DNA of 63,720 nt, filler included, from Bonamia ostreae (GCA_040357525.1; 51 parts of 51 records of this genome joined end to end with filler, not necessarily neighbours in it), one strand, 5' to 3'; shown: positions 8,667 to 22,455, counted from the whole stretch's first letter. Numbers and translations are program-made. The notes: generated by a model from the sequence alone, not told the origin.

Positions 8667-10064
8667 GTTTTGAAGATACTTCTAAAAACAATAAAAAAAC
8701 AAAAAATNNNNNNNNNNNNNNNNNNNNNNNNNNNNNNNNNNNNNNNNNNNNTTAATTAATTAANNNNNNNNNNNNNNNNNNNNNNNNNNNNNNNNNNNNN
8801 NNNNNNNGTTAGTTAGTTAGTTAGTTAATTTGCATAATTTGCATTGCACCATTGTAAATTTCGTGAAGCATTTATGTAACAGTTGCCTTAGACATACCAC
8901 ATCTTTCTCTCTTTTTTTTTTTTTGAAATTTGTATGCAATGTTTAATTCCAGGCTGGTCGCACGTTTTGCATCTTAAGATTCCCTACCATCTTGTTGTTA
9001 CATGGATGTGTCATTGTAAAAATCATGGCATTTTTTTAACATTTAATTTCGGCAACTATAATCTGGAGCAATTTTGAGATTGACATGATGTTTCGTCTTG
9101 GTGATTTATAACGTAAAACAGCTTTACATTCAATGATATCTTTCTTCCTGTTTATCAGGAACATACATCTAATATTCATGATTTTCTAGAATCTCATTGT
9201 TGTATTTAGTTATATGACTGGAAATGAGGAAATTATTTCCGAATTTGTTTCTAATTTTACTTTTCGCTTTGTCACCGGCAGTAAATATTGATGTTTGAGC
9301 TGATATGATATCAATATTAATCCATTTAGCATCAACCATCGTTACATTATATTTTGAACCATTGTATATAAAAAAAAAAACAACTAACAAAATAGACAAA
9401 GGGACATTCACACTGTTGCAAATATAGTAAGCTTTACTCACCGTCTGAAAACGCTTCTCTTAGGGGTAAGCCTTTGTGCGAGTGAATAAAGCTGTTTATA
9501 CCCCTCATTATAATGCATCCTCACCTTTCTTTTTGTAGACCTGTAGCTCATTTGGAGAAATGGGACAAATCACAACGCTACAGATCCACTATTATGTCAA
9601 AGGGTCCGTATTTGCCTTTCTCCCAATTTTGTTATTTTGTATGCATTGTTTAAGCAGAAATAGAAAACTCCCGATTGATGTCATAGTTTTCCACTCACGA
9701 TTGATGTCTTATATCCCGAAATAATTACACCGCCCATTAAAGGCCCATGTGAACCCAATCACAGCTTCAATTTTGTATAGTGACTTAGGTATATTACATG
9801 TAGGTAGCTATTTAAGTCGAACCTCTTTGATCACTGGTACGTACCTATTCATAATTGCGAAATTATGTACGTATTCTGTTTGCCTTTATTTATAAACATT
9901 GGTGATTGATATAATAATTCTTCTGGACGTAAAATAAGTCCTTTAGTATTGAAAAAGTATTCCTNNNNNNNNNNNNNNNNNNNNNNNNNNNNNNNNNNNN
10001 NNNNNNNNTTAATTAATTAANNNNNNNNNNNNNNNNNNNNNNNNNNNNNNNNNNNNNNNNNNNN

Positions 10065-10440
10065 CTCACCAGTTCCGTAATTATAAACAGAAAATGGATC
10101 AAATTTATCAGAGATAATTTTTCGATGACGAATTTTTTTGATTTGCTTTAAGCTATTTTTGTCCAATTTTATTGTTCGATTATTCTTTTCGTCGTCGATA
10201 ACAAAACTAAATTTACTGATAAAACTTGTTATGTTTGGCCATTTTCAATTGCTTTTTGATGTCTAGTTTTTCGATTCTTCTCTCGACTTTCTTCCCTCGG
10301 ACGTTGTAACCGATGTGATTAAAATTTTTGTACCATTCAAGAGGCACTTCGCCTATTCTCGCCAACGCGCCTTCCGTTTCCGATGAATCTGATTCTGCTC
10401 TTATGACTTGTTTTTTTGTTGCTCCATCCACGGAAACCAT
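10065..10440 (-). CDS. BOP1: Ribosome biogenesis protein BOP1/Erb1, N-terminal part; 19-nt intron 10207-10225
   Basis: DSSETE..IGEVPLEWY..HIGYNVRGKK and downstream FDPF match the BOP1 N-terminal domain. Confidence 0.9.
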
Positions 10441-10646
10441 TTTAAGCTAAATTTAGGGTTTTGTTTATAAGCGATTTGACATATAACAAATTATAACATT
10501 TTGCTTGTCGTTATAAATATCAAATAAACAAACGATTTCTTGGTATTAGCAAGAAAACTAAATTTCAAATGCATTCTTATCAACAACTTACAATATAATC
10601 CCAAAAAACATAAAATATATTCAAAAACAAAATCCGAAGAGCTATA

Positions 10647-11221
10647 ATGTTGAATAAAGTAAAAAGCGCTTTTATAAATCAAGAGAAACTGTATGAAAGC
10701 GAAATGAACAAAATTTTAATTTCCTTCGACCAAACCGATCAATGGCTCGATTTGGTCAAATCGCTAAAAAATCTTGACATTTTCTTAAAAGAGATCATCA
10801 AAATAAAGCAAAAGAACTCCCAAAAAACAATATTTTCTTTCCAACCATTTCTTAGACAAATCTTCATTTCTTTAAACAAATGTCTTGACTCTAAGATGCC
10901 CTCAGGCATTCACCAAAAAACTCTAGAAACTTACGATACATTTTTTGTAGCTTTAAATAATGAACAAATTGCCGAAAACTTGGCATTTTTTTCATTTGGA
11001 CTTTTTAATGTTCTCGAAAACGCGAGTGAACGCGTTTTGGACATGTTTTGACAATTTTTCGTTATTGCCATTTTCCAACAAAATATTTTTAATCTAACCG
11101 ACTTTAAAAATTAGCTTTTTTGAGATTTACAACAACCATTTTTTGCCCATCTCAAATGAAATTGGCTTCGCTTTAGACGGATTAATGCTATCTTTATTGC
11201 CCGGGTTGTCAGAACCCCATT
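10647..11221 (+). CDS. DOP1: Dopey/DOP1 protein, N-terminal domain; intron 11045-11114
   Basis: CLDSKMPSGIHQKTLETY..GLF..GLMLSLLPGL matches the Dopey_N motifs (CLxPxLPSGVHxKALE, LLPGL). Confidence 0.88.
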
Positions 11222-12409
11222 NNNNNNNNNNNNNNNNNNNNNNNNNNNNNNNNNNNNNNNNNNNNTTAATTAATTAANNNNNNNNNNNNNNNNNNNNNNN
11301 NNNNNNNNNNNNNNNNNNNNNATGCACTATCCGCGAAATTAGTCAGGGTTTGGCCAATAGTGTATGAGCCATGGGTGTAGTACATACAAGGCATCACGTC
11401 ATTGCTATTAACATATTAACTGTATTTGAATTAAAATAACATATCTGGTAATCTTTACATTTCAGTGGAGGTAAGGGTGATAGTTCCATCTGCACTTTTC
11501 TTATTGATTGGTGCGGATATTTCTAGTGAAATTCCGATTAGTTTGCTATTGTATAGGAGTATAATTATTACAAATGAATGACAACTCATCAACATATTTT
11601 TTTTTTCATTATGGCAGTTATGCTAGTGGTGAACAACATGTATATACAATTTTTACCCAAACAATTCATACCCGACTCTTGTATAACTGCGGTGGTGTAA
11701 TGAATAACCCGGGCTCAATCTGCCAATGATCAATTTTTTTTAAAATAAACGGATTTAGTTGTAAATATGAAAAATTTTAAGAAAACAAAAATGTAAAGTT
11801 ACACAACAATTGCGATTATGGGCATTAACATATAATCGTGCAAGATGCTAAAATAGATACAAATTAACAAGGATCATGATATAGTAATATGTCACATTGG
11901 AATCAACTTCTGAACACAACTTCTGAACACTTAATACATATAAGGTGATTTGGTTGGGATTAACTCAACCAGTGTATTTTTACATGTATAGATGTATCAA
12001 TACCAGTCATATACATGTAGAATGAGACAAATCTATAACAGACACATAAAAGAAGAATAAAATATAACAGACACATACAATCAGAAAATTTTGAAGTTCT
12101 CGGGGAGTGTACGGGCAGCTGAATGAACACCTTGCAGTATTTTATTCGTATATTCATTTAACGCGGGAAATATAACGTATTTAGTCTATATAGTGCATTG
12201 TGATGGCGCATAATTCACTCGTATCTTTCATCATCATATTCATAATAAAGCTTAACAACATACAGAATGTACGCAGATCTCACAACCCGCAAATGCTTTA
12301 CATGATGAGATCAAAATAACGGCGCTCAGGGTGAGGCGAAGAATGTCTTCGTGATAGTACTCTAACTTTCATTGTTTATTTGAACAATTATTTCTTATCC
12401 ACTTATCTA

Positions 12410-12477
12410 CCGTGAGGATCTGAGTCAGAATAGGACCTTAGTATCCCCTACATGTCATAAGAGGCGACTAAATGGAC
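12410..12477 (+). mobile_element. Mollusc Meta/MESC-domain SINE fragment (host)
   Basis: CGTGAGGATC..AGAATAGGACC..TAAGAGGCGACTAAAT core; a related copy lies on the opposite strand at ~13200-13320. Confidence 0.7.
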
Positions 12478-13059
12478 NNNNNNNNNNNNNNNNNNNNNNN
12501 NNNNNNNNNNNNNNNNNNNNNTTAATTAATTAANNNNNNNNNNNNNNNNNNNNNNNNNNNNNNNNNNNNNNNNNNNNCATATAACAGTGTGGTGTCGTCC
12601 GGAAAATACACTCAACCATTTCTAAAAGAAAATATGTATTGTAACTGCGCATTTTTTATTTGCTTTCAATTGAAAATCAAACGTATAATCCCTTCTAATT
12701 ATGAGGAAAAGGTGAATCCACATAAAAATGATTGTGTATTTCAGATTTTCTATTCCCAGATTCTTTAAGAAAAAAGTCTTACAAAGCGATTTCTGTTGAG
12801 ATCAGGTATCATCTTTTATAAAACACATTTCGAAATAAGTACCTTTAAACGAGTTTGTGCATGAGTGATTTATTTTATTCTTGCACAATGTCCTAGATCT
12901 TATCCACGAATATATTTAAAAGGGAACATTTGCTCATTTTGTCAGAGAAGTCACTGTTCGTTGACATCACCTTTCATGCAGACGTGAATGTAGATTCGCA
13001 ATAACTGTAAGTATATCGATTGTAGCTAGATTGCAATTATCGTGCATCTTACATGCAGA

Positions 13060-13320
13060 GTAAATATTGTTTAATGTCCCGTTAGAAACTTGTTTACTCA
13101 TGATACGAGGGTCTTACCATTGCCAGAAATGGGATGCAAAATTTGCGCCTATGCTCGGTGCCTACGACCTTTTAGCAGGAAGGAATCTTTATCGTGNNNN
13201 NNNNNNTGCCACGCCTGCTGTGACAAGGGGGCTCGGTTTTTGCGGTTTGCCCCATTTAGTCGCCCCTTACGGAAACCAAGCAAGGAGTACTGGTAACCTA
13301 TTTTAACCCGGATCCCCACA
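13060..13320 (-). mobile_element. Mollusc Meta/MESC-domain SINE copy (host)
   Basis: Reverse strand GGGGATCCGGGTTAAAATAGG..GTAAGGGGCGACTAAATGGGGC..CACAGCAGGCGTGGCA; same family as 12410-12477. Confidence 0.7.
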
Positions 13321-13954
13321 GAATAATTTCTCTTTTGCAACGATATATATATACGCTGTAATGGATTTTTTTGTATTAAGGATATATTTGTCAGATGTTG
13401 TTTATCATGTCTTCACACTCAACTTGTGAAAAATCACAATACTGTTATATAAATGTACTTATTTGCACTTCACACTTGATGAATTCATTGTGAAGAAGTA
13501 CGTCAAGAGGTACAAAAACTTATAGTTGTGTCGCGGAAAGAATGTCATAATTTTTTGTCGTTATGTACTACCGTTATCTAGTGATAAGCTGTGAGTGTGA
13601 TTTTTTTGTTAAACAATTCTATTTTATTTCATCTTCATGTCAAATTACTCTCCAATTTATTCAAACAACTCTACATGAGTAGAAAATATTTTGCTGTGAC
13701 CTTCAATGCGACATTTCTATAATTTGACAATGTNNNNNNNNNNNNNNNNNNNNNNNNNNNNNNNNNNNNNNNNNNNNTTAATTAATTAANNNNNNNNNNN
13801 NNNNNNNNNNNNNNNNNNNNNNNNNNNNNNNNNATTTACGTTTAATGATAAAATATTTTTTATACAAAAGCGATAATAATTAGCAAAAAGAAAAGTCCGA
13901 TTGGCTAATTTTTGCGATAGAGAAAATTTTAAAATTTGAAAATTGGAAGAAAAT

Positions 13955-14431
13955 TTATTTTAGAATTTTGGACATTTTTGCCAATTTTTCTTTTATTTTC
14001 AGTTTTTTAACGTCTTTTTTGCTAATTTTTTTGTGTGATTCTTGCTGAGCCATTAGTTTGTTTTTGTGTTCAGAGCAGCTAAATTTTAGATTTTTAATAT
14101 TTTGTGCGTGATTTTTATTGCTAATTTTTGTTGATTTGAGGTTTCTGATTTGAGTTTCTGTCAAAAATTGTCCATTTGTTTCCGAATTGAATTTTTTTAC
14201 GTCGGTTTCAGAAAAATCACTCAAATTCGTTATTACTGGTTTTTCGTGGTCATAAAACGGTCTTTCTTTGACCTCCTTTTCAACTGCTTTTCTTTTGTTT
14301 ATAAAATGAAACATTTCTGTTAAAGACAAAGGATTAGCGCTTTTGGTTTCTGAAATGTTGAGGTCTTTCTTGATTTCTCTGAGAAAAGTTGGCGTTCTTT
14401 CCTTGTATTCTATGTTTGTCAATTGTGACAT
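13955..14431 (-). CDS. 158-aa basic hypothetical protein (protist)
   Basis: Complete ORF, head-to-head with the ORF at 14680. Confidence 0.55.
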   Translation of the reverse strand: MSQLTNIEYKERTPTFLREIKKDLNISETKSANPLSLTEMFHFINKRKAVEKEVKERPFYDHEKPVITNLSDFSETDVKKFNSETNGQFLTETQIRNLKSTKISNKNHAQNIKNLKFSCSEHKNKLMAQQESHKKISKKDVKKLKIKEKLAKMSKILK

Positions 14432-14679
14432 AAAAGTAAGCTCAAGTCAGAAAATAATTTAAGGGATTAGATGTAATTGTGTTTTTAGACAAAGCAATTT
14501 ATCAAATTGCAAATTTGGATATATCACAAATATATTCAATATCCATTTATCGCAAATTTACATTACAAAAAAATTATATCAAATAACCTAACAAAGCATT
14601 AGCCAAAGTTTAAACTACTCAACAAAAAACCATATAAAATATTAAATAATTGTATTAAAAAAATTCGATAATTTATAAA

Positions 14680-14930
14680 ATGATAAGCTCTTCACATCCG
14701 AAACGAATTTACACGAAGAATGAAAAGGTTTTTCCGGGATGCGGTTACAATTACCTTTCTCAGATTTCGACGGAAAACAGCGTATTCTCGTCTGTGTCAA
14801 AATTCAGAAAATCGAGTCGATTCCTTTATTCGAAAAACATTGCCGAGATGATCACAAGAAAAGTCTCTTCTTATGACAGCGGTCCTTCGATCTTTGAAGA
14901 AAGCAGCAAAACCTTTGTCACTTCTGATTT
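14680..14930 (+). CDS. Hypothetical protein, first exon (protist)
   Basis: ATG-initiated ORF running into an AT-rich intron-like tail. Confidence 0.45.
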
Positions 14931-16345
14931 TGTTTTCCGAATTTGCAATTTTTCAAATTCTAACTATTAAAATTTTATCCAAAATTTAANNNNNNNNNNN
15001 NNNNNNNNNNNNNNNNNNNNNNNNNNNNNNNNNTTAATTAATTAANNNNNNNNNNNNNNNNNNNNNNNNNNNNNNNNNNNNNNNNNNNNTAAACAATATA
15101 AAATCAATCAATCTAAATGGTTCCATAACTTGTCCAGAGCTTTTTGTAGTTAGATGCAAATATGTTCACTACATTTTTCATGGATTAAGGTCCGCAATAT
15201 CAAATTTAAAAAACACAGCTTCGTTTCAAAACTCGATCTCTGTTTGACCATACTGGAAGAGAAAACTGGTCATTATCTACAATCCGTGCGACAAAACCAT
15301 TTGTTCTTCTTTCATATTTTGCAGGTTTGTCACTTAATCTTTTATTGAGAGTACCATTTAGTGTCTCGTTTTTCACATCCAAAGCCTTCATACCACACAC
15401 CAAGTTCTCCTTTCATACCAAGCCATTCTGCATCAGCTGCAGCAGCTTTTTTCCGTACTGAAAGAAAATCCTTTTTTCTTTTAGCACCTTTTCCTTTGTC
15501 GCTTCTCTCTTTGCGCACTGACGTCCTATAATGTATGTGCATTTGATTGCATTCAGGGTCGACTTAAAGAGTATTTTTCAGATTTAAAGGTGTTGGATTT
15601 AGCTTTGGCATCTGGAATTGCACATATGCTCTCAATGTTTGTCTGGAACTGTTCTACACGTCGGGCATAGCTGACCTTGCTGAGAATAAAGCTGACCTAG
15701 CTCTGTAATGCACAAGAACGTTCAAACAGTCAGAGCTCAAAATTCCATAACTTTTGTAAATGTATGACACATGATGTAATAACAATTGCACATCTGGTTC
15801 ATCGTGTAGTTTTGTACACAGAAGACCATCTAGACCTTTTCCAAATTTTGTGAACTTATTGGATAATCGTTACAATTAAAGTAATGGTGTCCTTTCTCTA
15901 TAAATGACCGCTGCTTCCTCATCCCCATGCTTGGTTAGATTCTTCCAAAGTATTCCCAAGTGACTCATGTGGTTGTGACGTTTTGTTTTCCTAGATTTTA
16001 TAAATCAAAAGATTTTTCATTTTGAATATTCATATTTGACGAATTTTAGTAAATGTAGTAAGAAAATGCAAAAATGATGATGATAATAAACTAGCGGCCT
16101 GTAGATGACATCGTTCACATGAATCACCTTGGACCTGCTTTTGTTATTTTAGTGAGCTTATCATTTGGCCCAGGACTCGTATGCGGTGTACGTAAACTTT
16201 TTAGAATTTAGGCCGTATTTCAAAAATGTTGATTGCGCTTCGTTCNNNNNNNNNNNNNNNNNNNNNNNNNNNNNNNNNNNNNNNNNNNNTTAATTAATTA
16301 ANNNNNNNNNNNNNNNNNNNNNNNNNNNNNNNNNNNNNNNNNNNN

Positions 16346-17501
16346 ATCAAAAATATTTTTTCCTGGAAAAATTTGTTTGATAAGACTGACAGGGACAAAG
16401 AAGCGCTTACTGCTAGTTTTATCTACAATTGCGATTTTTATTAGAAAAAATTGCAAATTTACAAAATTTAAATTCGCAAAAACATTAAAATACCAAAGCC
16501 AATTTTCCAAAAATCTTTTGTTTTTGGAAAAAATAGGAATGCACAAACAAATTGGAACCGAAAGAATGTCCAATAAAGCCAATAATTCCTTCGAAACAAA
16601 TTTGCGATCGACCGAATAAGAGTTTAATAAAAACATATTTGGCGCAAACGGTGCAACAGAAGTTAGCGCTATAAAAACGATTTGGCGAATATTGCTATTC
16701 GAAATCATTGTTACAATGGAAGAGTAAGCCTCCTTTGTCGAATGATCTTTTTCTTTTTCTATTTTTTAATTGTTGCAAAAATGCGTAAAGTTTACAACAA
16801 AGCGAAATCGTTCTTGCAACAAATCTTTGTTGCAAAAATAAGTAAATCCTTTCAAAAAGACCGTTTTTATAAGGCGATTCAGCGACAAAAAACAAAATCC
16901 AAAAATTCAGGAAAATGGCAAAAAAGCCCACAAACAAACAGAAACCGCCCACTGTCACCGGTTTGAAACTTGTCAGAGACGAAAATTTGTCTGAAGTAAG
17001 TAGAATTACAGCGTTGTATCCAATGGCGTTTCCTAGGTTGAGACCGGCAGTCTGGCATGTTGACACAAGGTGGTTTATCTCTCCCGGTAACAGTTGCAGT
17101 CCCCAAGCGTCGAGAGCTATATCTTGCGTCGAAGTGCAGACGAACAACAACATAAAAATTGACGTTAGAATCGCGATTTCGTTCTGATTAATGAGCGCTT
17201 CGATTAAACTAAATTCGCTTTTTTGGTTTTCGCGCATAAAAAAATGGGCCGGCGTGCCGAGTGCGATAAACGCAATGGCTGTTACAAACTGGGTCGGCAG
17301 AATCCAAGATCTTCGCCGCCCAATCTTCTTCCAGAAAATTGAATCTACTAATGGCGACCACAAAAGCTTTAAACTATAAGGATAATATGTAGTGGAAAAA
17401 ATCGCTATGTCTTTGTAGCTACTTTTTGCAGAAAGGAGAAGGAGCACCATTAAATTTGAAAATCCCTTTAAATGGCGGGTTGAAAATGGGAGGAAAACTT
17501 G
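16346..17501 (-). CDS. Acetyl-CoA transporter 1 / AmpG-like MFS permease, partial; intron ~16757-16862
   Basis: YPYSLKLLWSPLVDS..GRRRSWILPTQ..STQDIALDAW..STCQTAG are SLC33A1/AT-1 signature motifs. Confidence 0.92.
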
Positions 17502-18939
17502 NNNNNNNNNNNNNNNNNNNNNNNNNNNNNNNNNNNNNNNNNNNNTTAATTAATTAANNNNNNNNNNNNNNNNNNNNNNNNNNNNNNNNNNNNNNNNNNN
17601 NAACGCAGTTATCATGAAGATTTAGTTCTTGCAGAGAGCTTGAAAGAAATAAAAAATATTTGCATCTACTCTTCAATGCCTTTCATTAAAAAATAGCGCT
17701 AGTCCTTTTTAGACTCTATAACGGAAATGCAACTTACACATGATGTCATGTGATGTCACAGCCTAGACTGTGTCTCATCCGTTTCAAACTTGAAGAGACG
17801 GATCAAGGATAAAAGTGTAAAATATGTAACAGAACTGGGCTTCCCTCAACGGTCACACCATAAAACATCCATACTTCAACTTATAATAAATTCCTTTCTA
17901 TTCATGAAGGAATTGTAAATAAGATTTGCAATCAGGAAATTGTTAAGTACCTAGTGTTTGAAGCTCACATTAATTCGTCATCAACATAGACATATTTACA
18001 TGTTTATCAAATATCTGAATTTAAAGACACTCAGTGTAGTCAGACTAGCCTTATTTATACAGCCTCCTCCATCCCAAAGTTGTTTATGTTAGGTCACTGG
18101 ATCAACTTTTGAAGTTCTCTTAGATTAGATTTATTACACCTAAATAGTATCATATTATATGTAACAGGGGATTGTTTTTCCTAATAAATTAAGCATATTA
18201 AATAAATATTAGAGACATCGCTATTGGATCAAAGAATAAATTAAAATACTTTTCTGTGAGGAGAATAAAGTTTGTCACATGAGAACACTAACCAAACATC
18301 ATGCATGGTTTTACCATTGATAATCTTTTTTTATGCCGTTGACATTCTAGCATTCAATTGTGTCAACTTTTTTTTTATATACCAGAGTGCTTTATTCTTC
18401 ACANNNNNNNNNNAATAGAAAATGTACTAGACACTAAGTGGTTTTAAGAATTTCCTTGAATTATTTTCCCACTGAACCATTTTATAAAGTATGTGCTATA
18501 TTTAAGTTGTTATTACCTCTACTTTTGAGATGTGCATTTATTATGGTCTTTTTTATCATCATGATTAATTATAATGAGGAAATCTTAGTTCTGAAAGTGA
18601 AATTAACAACATTGTTGCCCAATCAGCATGTAAATAATTCATGCAGTTAGGAAAGTGAATATTTTTATTGTGCAACAAATTAAGAATTGATGATATGTTT
18701 TTTAAATTGACTGCATTATCAATCATTTCCTCATTTTGTAATTAATTTCAAACATTNNNNNNNNNNNNNNNNNNNNNNNNNNNNNNNNNNNNNNNNNNNN
18801 TTAATTAATTAANNNNNNNNNNNNNNNNNNNNNNNNNNNNNNNNNNNNNNNNNNNNAATTTTTCAAAAAGAAAGTTTCAGCGAAACCGAAAAGGATTAAA
18901 TTTATTTTTAAATTTACAAAAAATATAAAAATGACAAAA

Positions 18940-19849
18940 TTTATTCCGAATTGACCACAGAAAGAACTTTTGACAGAAAAAGTGGCAACTGGAAAATATC
19001 GAATTCAATTCTTTTTATCAAATTATTAAAATTTAGTTTATGACAAACTTGTGTTTCAGTTCATCGGGTAAAACATTCGCCGGATCAACAAGACGCAGTG
19101 GCTCAAAATTAGCTTTGTTTGTTGACAAATCTATTTTCATTTCGAATTCCAACACTTTTAAAAATTTAAAAATTTGCTTTTCGTTAAAAAAATATTTAAA
19201 ATTTAGCTTTTTATAAATTTTGGTTTTTAAGAAAATTGGAAACTTTTTGTATTTTTGTAATTAACAGATTTACATCGAAAATGTCGAATCGATTCATTTT
19301 CAAAATATTTTTCAATTTCTTCAATTTTCATTCCGCACATCAAAGTAAAACATTCGCACAGTTTTTCAAAATTTTTAAACTTTTTGCCATTTTGATTTTT
19401 TTCTGTTTCTTTATAGTTAATTTTTTTTAAAATTTGACTAATTTTTAATTTTCGACAAATTTTTAAATTACGAAAATTTGACTAATTTTTAATTATTTAA
19501 ATTTTGATTTTTTTAAAATTTTTTTTTATTTTTAACTGTTCTTCAAATCTGAAATTTGTTCCATTAATTCGTTTTCTCTTTTTTCATATTTTCTGACTAA
19601 TTTTTTACAAAATTTTAAAATTTAGCCAAAACTGAGATAATCTTTGTCTTCACATTGAATTTTTAAATTATTTCTTTCGTTTATCAAAATTTCTTGTTGT
19701 TTTTCAGTTTCTTTCGTTTCTTCTCGGTTGTACTCGAGACTAACGCCGACTGCCATCAACTTCTTTTCGTATTGCCGAACGCGATTTTCCATTTTTAGCG
19801 CCTCTTTGTTCCAATGCGCTACTTCGTCCAACATTTCTTTTTTTAACAA
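18940..19849 (-). CDS. Multi-exon coiled-coil hypothetical protein (protist); boundaries approximate
   Basis: Heptad-rich exon 19622-19849 plus short downstream exons separated by AT-rich GT-AG introns. Confidence 0.45.
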
Positions 19850-19854
19850 TTTTT

Positions 19855-20011
19855 TGATTTTAATGTCAATTTTTTTCGACCGATTTTAATAAATTTTTTG
19901 TTTTTAATGTCAATTTTTTCGACCGATTTTAATAAATTTTTTGTTTTTAATGTCGTTTTTTTCGACCGATTTTAATAAATTTTTTGTTTTTAATGTCGTT
20001 TTTTTCGACCG
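19855..20011. repeat. ~45-nt tandem repeat x3-4 (TTTTAATGTC..TTTTCGACCGATTTTAATAAATTTTTTG)
   Basis: Near-identical direct copies up to the contig end. Confidence 0.9.
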
Positions 20012-21366
20012 NNNNNNNNNNNNNNNNNNNNNNNNNNNNNNNNNNNNNNNNNNNNTTAATTAATTAANNNNNNNNNNNNNNNNNNNNNNNNNNNNNNNNN
20101 NNNNNNNNNNNTGATGATTCGATGTCAATTTGTCAAAAGCTTAGTGCTATTATCTATTGAATCAAAACTATTTGAATTCATATCAAATAGTGAATCATTC
20201 ATTTATGATAGGCCTTTGTACATTCAGTTAGTTGAATATAATGAATTTAATTTGAGAAAGCTATGGTATGAGTTAGTTTGCAAAGAAACCGAATTTTACT
20301 ACCAACTAACTTCCTTTTCATGCCATCTCTGCTACATATGTAGCAGGCAGCAACGTTTTTGCCCCATTGTTTATATATCTATAACCATCGACACCATTGA
20401 GGGACCAGACTGCCACCAGTTCGTTCCAATATACATTATATGGCATCTTAAAAACGGTTGTGGGTACTCCAAGTTGAGGAAAAGGACGCCCGAGGGCCAA
20501 ACAGTGCAGTCAAAGCACCCTTGATTCTAAGTCATGCCTGACATTGATACCTTCTTTGCTTTCGACGGAAGACAACGATACATTTGTTGCACAAAATCCT
20601 GAGAACGCGTCATCGGAAGTATCCAGGGCACTCCTCGGTCTTCGAACGTTAGAAAGTAGTAGTCTACGTTGCAACCTCATCAACAAATAAGTTGTTATGA
20701 GTCGTTAGGGTCACGCGCACCTCTTACACGTAAAACAAAATTTAGGAAGGCAAATCTATAGATCTCTCTGCTGACAACGTCGGCCTACGAATTGCAAGAC
20801 CAAGATCCACGGGATTTAGAACGTGGTGACCGTTCGGATAGGGCTCTTGTGTTTTCAACCCCCCCCCCCCTGTATGCCCATTGTTATCGTGGTACACTTG
20901 CAGGTATCCTCAGTCCCCCGCAAAAACTGTGACCTTTATCTTCCAATCCTTATTGTTCATCAAAGGTGTTGTATGCATTTTCATGTTCAATGACAATTAA
21001 AATGGAACTTCTCAAAAGCGTTATCATTTGGGCTTTCATGCATTCAGAGTCTGGATCAAGTATGTTTGTCTGTAAACAGGTTGTAAGGATCACATCTTCC
21101 TGGATCTATAAATAATGTTTTGGCGAATGCAGCCAGTGTATACTTTTGTGTAGATTTATTCATAACAGGCACGTAGAATAAGAAATTTTTAAAGTTACTT
21201 GGATGCGTATGGAAAGCTGTAAAAACATTGGGACATCACTTTAGGGATTTCATCCGCCTTTTCATTNNNNNNNNNNNNNNNNNNNNNNNNNNNNNNNNNN
21301 NNNNNNNNNNTTAATTAATTAANNNNNNNNNNNNNNNNNNNNNNNNNNNNNNNNNNNNNNNNNNNN

Positions 21367-22455
21367 CTTATTCTCTTTCAGCATTTTGAGTGCGTGCTCC
21401 AAATGGTGCCGGAACAACTCCTCGTTGTTCCAAACCTGCTGGAAAGCTGCGTTGTCCATCTCCAGGAACATCCCCGTTATCTTCGGAGCGTGCTCCGGCG
21501 ACACCTGGTTCACCCGCGCGAAGATCATGTCTCCCCGGTGCGACTCGTCCGGCGCCGCCCGCTCCACCTGCTGCTCCGCCGCCCTCGGAACCGCCCCCAC
21601 CATCGCCTGCTGCCTCCCTCCCACCGCCATCTGCGGCACCCGCGCGCCTCCCCACCTCGAAGGCCCTCCTCCGTACATGTAGCCCTGCGCCAGCTGCTGC
21701 GGGTAGATCAGCGGCGCCGCCGACTGGTACATCCCCGCGCCGAACTGCGGCGGCGCCTGCATGAACTTGCGGTTGCTCTGCGCCTGCATCTCCAACTGCT
21801 GCTTGCGCACGTGCTTGCGCTGCCAGAAGGCCACGAAGAGCACCTTCCCGACCCACATCTTCCCGTGCAGCGCCTTGATCCCGCTCGCCGCGTCCTCCTT
21901 CGTCGCGTACAGCACGAAGCCGAAGCCCTTCGAGACGCCGCGTTCGTCCATCCGCACCTTCGCGGAGACGACCTGCCCGTACTTGGAGAACTCCTCGCGG
22001 AGGAGATCGTCATCGACGCTCTCGGGGAGGTTCTTGACGTAGACGTTGCGCCCGGCGGTGTTCGTGTCCATCTCCTCGCGCCACTTCAGGTACTGCTGGT
22101 GCAGCTTGTTGCGGCGCATCGACTTGCTCAGCGCTTTTGCGACGTAGAGCTTCTCGGGATCTTTTTCGTGGAGCTCTTCGATGACGCGCTTGGAGACGAG
22201 CGGGTCCTTGAAGTTCACGAAGCCGAAGCCGGCGGGGACGGAGTCGTGCACGGGGAAGTGGACGCTGGTCACCTCGCCGTGTTTCTGGAAGAAGGCGAGG
22301 AAGGCGGCTTCGTCGGGGAAGAGGCTCGCGTTGAAGTTTTTGACGTAGACGTTTGTGAACTTGGGCTCGCCGGTGTTGCGGGAGCCGCTCGGTTTGAAGG
22401 GGCAGACTTCGACGACCCTCGAGGCGATTTCCATGTTGTTCACTTTTTCTATCGC
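21367..22455 (-). CDS. PABPC: Polyadenylate-binding protein (RRM3, RRM4, linker, MLLE), partial, GC-rich exon
   Basis: FTNVYVKNF, GRNVYVKNLPESVDD, SKGFGFV and MLLE motif APKITGMFLEMD; acceptor ...AATCGAAAG at 22456. Confidence 0.96.

Noticed and set aside
15090-15960. Coding-like minus-strand fragments (similar cases at 20300-20700 and 51900-52500)
   Set aside because: Broken by stops and frameshifts with no motif I can assign confidently; probably decayed host transposon or gene remnants
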